A stretch of 50,115 bases of DNA from Candidatus Altiarchaeota archaeon. Lineage in GTDB: Archaea; Altiarchaeota; Altiarchaeia; IMC4; SCGC-AAA252-I15. The notes below the pieces were generated by a model, which ran no database searches, was not told the origin of the DNA, and was given only the letters and a program-made list of their open reading frames with translations. Every line of letters starts with the position of its first letter. Position 1 is the first letter of the stretch. Shown here one piece after another: positions 46,149 to 50,115 of the stretch. The stretch covers positions 1 through 50,115 of the forward strand of contig JAZDNF010000012.1 of NCBI GenBank assembly GCA_043800255.1. The letters are read 5' to 3'. Made by a program: the position numbers and the translations under genes.

Positions 46149-47230
46149 TGGCGAGAATAGACGTCAAAGACGCTGTTAAAGGGTACGACAGGAGGAGGAT
46201 TAGGATAGCAACCATAGGAAGCCACTCAGCCTTGAACATATTCAAGGGAGCGAAGGATGAAGGCTTCAAGACGTTGGGCCTCTGCCTGCCTGGCGGCGAC
46301 AAACTCTACAGAAGATACGACCTCATTGATGACGTAATCTTCGTTGAAAAATACGAGGACATAATAAACGAGGAGGTTCAGGAGCAACTGAGGCAGAAGA
46401 ATGCCATCATAATCCCACACGGCTCCTTCAACGCCTACATCAAAGACGGCCTTCTTGAGGAAAAATTCAACGTACCGATATTCGGCAACAGGTCATTATT
46501 GAAGTGGGAGACGTCAAGGCAGCTTCAGCGGGAGTGGCTTAAAAACGCGGGACTCAACGTGCCAAAAGTCTACCAGACCTACAAGGACATAGACGGCCTA
46601 GCGTTTGTGAAATTCCCAGGCGCCAAAGGCGGTAAAGGATACTTTATCGTGGACTCGCCAGAAGCCTACGAGAAGAAGATGAGAGACATGGTGAAGAGGG
46701 GGCTTGTCACAAAAGAAGACGCCAAGAGGCCGTACATCCAAGAGTACATTGTAGGCGTAAGCACCTACCCGCATTACTTCTACTCCCCCCTAAATGAGGG
46801 GATAGAACTGTTGGGCGTCGACAAAAGATATGAATCAGCTGTCGACGGCATAAGCAGGATACCTGTCCCAGAACAGCTCGAGCAGAAAATCAACCCATCG
46901 TTCACAATCGTCGGGAACTTTCCGATGGTCCTGCGGGAGTCGCTGCTCTCAGATGTCTTCGATATGGGAGAGAGAATCGTCGAAGAGTCGAAGAAGATAG
47001 CCCCTCCGGGAGTGATAGGGCCATTCTGCCTTGAGACGATATGCAAGGAAAACCTGCAGCTCATAGCATTCGAGATATCGGCGAGGATAGTAGCAGGCTG
47101 CAACGTTAACATAGGATCATCGCCGTACACTTACCTCAAGTACAAGGAGAACATGTACATGGGAAGGAGAATCGCACGGGAGATAAAAGAGGCGATAAAA
47201 TCCGAGGAACTGGACAGAGTATTGACATGA
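46148..47230 (+). CDS. purP: Formate-dependent FAICAR synthetase PurP
   Basis: 'IATIGSHSAL', 'IPHGSF', 'GAKGGKGYF', 'LRESLL', 'FEISARIVAG'. Confidence 0.92.
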   Translation: MARIDVKDAVKGYDRRRIRIATIGSHSALNIFKGAKDEGFKTLGLCLPGGDKLYRRYDLIDDVIFVEKYEDIINEEVQEQLRQKNAIIIPHGSFNAYIKDGLLEEKFNVPIFGNRSLLKWETSRQLQREWLKNAGLNVPKVYQTYKDIDGLAFVKFPGAKGGKGYFIVDSPEAYEKKMRDMVKRGLVTKEDAKRPYIQEYIVGVSTYPHYFYSPLNEGIELLGVDKRYESAVDGISRIPVPEQLEQKINPSFTIVGNFPMVLRESLLSDVFDMGERIVEESKKIAPPGVIGPFCLETICKENLQLIAFEISARIVAGCNVNIGSSPYTYLKYKENMYMGRRIAREIKEAIKSEELDRVLT

Positions 47231-47287
47231 GTTTTTAAGGAGCCAGCTAATATATTATAGATTAGATTCAACATTTGAGGTGCTATT

Positions 47288-47563
47288 ATGGGCGAAAAGA
47301 AAGAAAAACTTGGAGAGGATGCAGGAATAAACCCTGACAGAGTTGGAATAAGGATGGACGTCTTGGACGACATCATCAGCGACATGAATGATAACCCTGA
47401 ACTGCAGAAGATATTCGGCGTTCCGGTGTCAAAATACTTGGTGATTGTCGCAGACAACAACGACCTCCGCATAGAAGACGGCGGTGTGGCTGAACTGTCA
47501 GACAAGGACACTGAGAAGTTCCTGGGCATTCTGGACAAAGTCATAAGAGACAATTCCATGTAG
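47288..47563 (+). CDS. Small acidic hypothetical protein
   Basis: GAGGTG Shine-Dalgarno before ATG; co-oriented with neighbours. Confidence 0.7.
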   Translation: MGEKKEKLGEDAGINPDRVGIRMDVLDDIISDMNDNPELQKIFGVPVSKYLVIVADNNDLRIEDGGVAELSDKDTEKFLGILDKVIRDNSM

Positions 47564-47842
47564 ATGGTAAAACCAGTAACCCAACGCAAAGGGGGGTTGC
47601 TCATTGCAGTCCGCGTCACACCAGACTCTGACAGGGATGAACTGGTGTTTGCGGACGGCCTGATAAGACTGAAACTCAGGGAGCCTGCCGAGGATGATAG
47701 GGCCAATAAGGCTGTTCTTGCCATGTTCAACAGGAAATTCGGCAAAACCACCATCCTACGGGGCCTGAAAACGAGGAAAAAAACGCTATACGTAGAAGGA
47801 CTGAGTGAAGGGGAATTTAACGAAAAAATCGGGGAAAATTGA
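47564..47842 (+). CDS. DUF167 (YggU) family protein
   Basis: 'VRVTP', 'L.EPAEDDRANKA', 'ILRGLKTRKK'. Confidence 0.85.
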   Translation: MVKPVTQRKGGLLIAVRVTPDSDRDELVFADGLIRLKLREPAEDDRANKAVLAMFNRKFGKTTILRGLKTRKKTLYVEGLSEGEFNEKIGEN

Positions 47843-47880
47843 TTTATATTCGATGGTTACGTAGTAATAATCTCAAAATA

Positions 47881-47992
47881 CAGGATATTTCGTCACTACA
47901 TCAAGAATCACATCTCATAGCAAGAGATCATGCTTATGAACTGAAACACGCCGAAGTGTAGGTTTACTGTTTTCTTGATGTTCTGACACCTG
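47881..47992 (+). ncRNA. Candidate structured 5' leader RNA upstream of dnaG
   Basis: Nested pairings cagg/cctg, gtca/tgac, acatcaagaa/ttcttgatgt enclosing small hairpins; TATA-like tttatat at 47843. Confidence 0.55.
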
Positions 47993-48014
47993 AAAAAAAA
48001 ATTAAGGTGATATT

Positions 48015-49256
48015 ATGGCAAAAGCGCCAGCAGATACGATAAAATACAATGTTTACGCAGACATTATGATTGACGGTGTGGTTGAGAAACCAGATGTCGT
48101 AGGAGCCATATTCGGGCAGACTGAGGGATTGCTCGGAGAGGACTTGGAACTTAGAGACCTGCAGAAGACAGGCAGGATAGGTAGGATAGAGGTTGACATA
48201 AAGACAAAGGCAGGGAAGTCAGCAGGAGAGGTCATAATACCCTCCAGTTTGGACATGGTTGAGACGTCGATAATCGCCTCAGCAATCGAAGGCGTTGACA
48301 GGGTAGGGCCATGCAATGCAAAAATAAAGGTCAAAAACGTTGAAGACGCCCGATTCGCGAAGAGGAAAGTGATGGTTGACCGGGCTAAGGACATACTGAA
48401 GAAGCTGATGGACGAGCAGATTCCGGAATCCGACGCCCTCACTGAGGAAGTGCGGAAGTCGGTCCAACTGAGCGAGATAGTCTCCTACAACGGCCTGCCA
48501 GCAGGTCCTGCAGTTGAGACCGCAGACAGCATAATAATTGTTGAAGGCAGGGCTGACGTCCTAAACCTGCTCAAAGCAGGGATAAAAAATGCAGTGGCTG
48601 TTGGAGGAACCAACATACCAAAGCAGATTGTCGAGCTCAGCAAGATGAAGACCACCATCGCCTTCGTAGATGGCGACCGAGGGGGAGAGATGATACTGAA
48701 GGAGCTTAATCAGGTGGCTGACATAGACTTCGTCGCGCACGCGCCCCAGGGGAAGGAAGTCGAGGAACTCGGCAAGAAGGAGATCATCATGGCGTTGAGG
48801 AGGAAGATGCCGCCAAAACAGACCCGAACATCGGGCCAAATGCTGGAGAAAAACGGGTCGGTTATGGAGAGAGACATTCCTGCGGTAGAGCAACGCAGCC
48901 CCATGCTAGAGAGAAGCAACCCGCTGTTAGAGCGACGCAGTCCTATCGTCGACAGACGAATGCCGTCTGCCGATTCGGTTTCAGGCGGAAACTTGCTCAA
49001 GGAGCTTGAGGGCGTGAAAGGAAAGCTAAGCGCGAAACTCTTCGACAGAGACCTGAACACGATAGCAGAGGTTGAGATAAAGGACCTTGTGAACACACTC
49101 AAAGATGTGGAACCAGCGTATGTCGTCCTTGACGGGATAATAACACAGCGCCTGATAGATGCAGCATCAAAGAGCAACGTCAAGGAAATCGCGGGAGTCA
49201 ACAAGTCCGCTATCTCGAACAGCAGAGGCATCAGAATCGTGACAGGCAGCGCATGA
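48015..49256 (+). CDS. dnaG: Archaeal DnaG (TOPRIM, exosome-associated)
   Basis: '[35 protein letters not shown]', 'VEGRADV', 'DGDRGG'. Confidence 0.97.
   Translation: MAKAPADTIKYNVYADIMIDGVVEKPDVVGAIFGQTEGLLGEDLELRDLQKTGRIGRIEVDIKTKAGKSAGEVIIPSSLDMVETSIIASAIEGVDRVGPCNAKIKVKNVEDARFAKRKVMVDRAKDILKKLMDEQIPESDALTEEVRKSVQLSEIVSYNGLPAGPAVETADSIIIVEGRADVLNLLKAGIKNAVAVGGTNIPKQIVELSKMKTTIAFVDGDRGGEMILKELNQVADIDFVAHAPQGKEVEELGKKEIIMALRRKMPPKQTRTSGQMLEKNGSVMERDIPAVEQRSPMLERSNPLLERRSPIVDRRMPSADSVSGGNLLKELEGVKGKLSAKLFDRDLNTIAEVEIKDLVNTLKDVEPAYVVLDGIITQRLIDAASKSNVKEIAGVNKSAISNSRGIRIVTGSA
48843..48968 (+). repeat. Six degenerate 21-bp (7-aa) tandem repeats in the DnaG linker
   Basis: [42 protein letters not shown]. 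Confidence 0.7.
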
Positions 49257-49284
49257 TTTTAACACCCACGTAATATAGTATATT

Positions 49285-50115
49285 ATGCGACTGCCTGAGA
49301 TTGAGTCGACTAGGGAGATCTTCGTCCCCACAGACCCAATCGAGCGGGTTATAGGCCAGAAGACTGCTGTCGAAAAAGTCAAGCTCGCGATAATACAGAG
49401 GAGGCATCTCCTTCTTGTCGGACCGCCCGGCATCGGGAAGTCCATGCTAGCGCAGGCGCTGGCCCTCCACCTGCGCAAGCCAAAATTTCAGGTAAGCATT
49501 CTACCAAATCCGACGAATTCGCACAAGCCTGTTGTCGAAGTTCTCACCAGGGAGGAGCTTGAGCGAGAGAGGAACACTATAAGCACCGGCTTCGGGCAGA
49601 TGCTAACACCGAAAGACGTTCCCAGCTTCGTCGCAGAAAGGCTTGGCTTCAGGTGCACCCTATGTGGGGAGCTGAGCGACTATAAGGAGAGGATATGCCC
49701 AAAGTGCGGCGCCAACAAATACAGCAGGATAATGCCAGAAGGCAGGCAGAGCCCATTCACTGACATAATAACAGACGTCTTTGACGTGCAGGGAGGCACG
49801 CCGGAACCTGAAATCCAGACGACTCACATCAGAAAAGATGGTGTTGAGGAGCTGGTCATCTACCAGAGGCTTGAGAACCAGAGGATACGCATCTTGAACC
49901 AGGACGCGATAGTGGAAATGCAGAAGCTGAGGGATAAAAGGATAAAAAACGTCATAGTGCCTGTCGACAGGAGCACGTTTGTGCATGCTACTGGTGCGTC
50001 TGAGACTGAGTTGTTGGGTGATGTGCGTCATGATCCGTATGGTAGTCATCCTGAGATTGGCACTCCGGCTTATTTGAGGGTTGTGCCGGGTGCCATACAT
50101 GAGGCGCATGAGGGT
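49285..50115 (+). CDS. Archaeal Lon-like (LonB family) AAA+ ATPase, truncated by the window end
   Basis: Hand translation: 'VIGQ', 'RRHLLLVGPPGIGKSMLAQA', 'CTLC...CPKC', 'LLGDVRHDPY', 'GTPAYLRVVPGAIHEAHEG'. Confidence 0.9.
   Translation, partial: MRLPEIESTREIFVPTDPIERVIGQKTAVEKVKLAIIQRRHLLLVGPPGIGKSMLAQALALHLRKPKFQVSILPNPTNSHKPVVEVLTREELERERNTISTGFGQMLTPKDVPSFVAERLGFRCTLCGELSDYKERICPKCGANKYSRIMPEGRQSPFTDIITDVFDVQGGTPEPEIQTTHIRKDGVEELVIYQRLENQRIRILNQDAIVEMQKLRDKRIKNVIVPVDRSTFVHATGASETELLGDVRHDPYGSHPEIGTPAYLRVVPGAIHEAHEG

Noticed and set aside
5467-50109. Long antisense or alternate-frame ORFs such as 5467-6435, 9205-9906, 18688-19359, 39488-40228, 45390-46040 and 49660-50109
   Set aside because: Shadows of well-supported genes with no recognisable motifs
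1-50115. Autonomous transposase, integrase, provirus or known defence system
   Set aside because: No ORF with recognisable DDE, HUH, recombinase, viral structural or defence motifs

Overview
Archaeal chromosomal window of mostly core genes. The gene complement (class I LysS, PCNA, PurP, Spt5, eL33/L35Ae, archaeal DnaG, BHB tRNA intron, C/D sRNA) plus full purine, POR and shikimate genes would fit a biosynthetically competent lineage such as Altiarchaeota; this is inference only. It contains purSLQ, pcn, lysS, porCDAB, ftsZ-secE-spt5-rpl11-rpl1-rpl10, drg, traB (in-frame TAA), aroE/aroD with larB/larC, srp54, a bacterial-type folate/C1 cluster (glyA-folD-kaiC-like-purH-folC-folP), two purP-family genes, dnaG and a partial Lon-like ATPase. 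RNA genes are tRNA-Phe(GAA), intron-containing tRNA-Arg(TCT) and a box C/D guide sRNA. Small genes missing from the ORF track include secE, a short histone, a 50-aa four-Cys microprotein and the start of a B12-binding radical SAM gene. The most unusual signal is a family of short palindromic elements (TTTC-TTTTTCGT..ACG-TTTTTCTTT-nnn-AAAGAAAAAGGT(T)G) clustered at all three RNA genes. In four places the element is followed, 6-8 nt past its AAAAGG end, by a direct copy of part of the neighbouring RNA gene, suggesting an ncRNA-targeting non-autonomous mobile element. Structured leaders before rpl1 and dnaG and a C-rich-loop hairpin before traB are further candidates.
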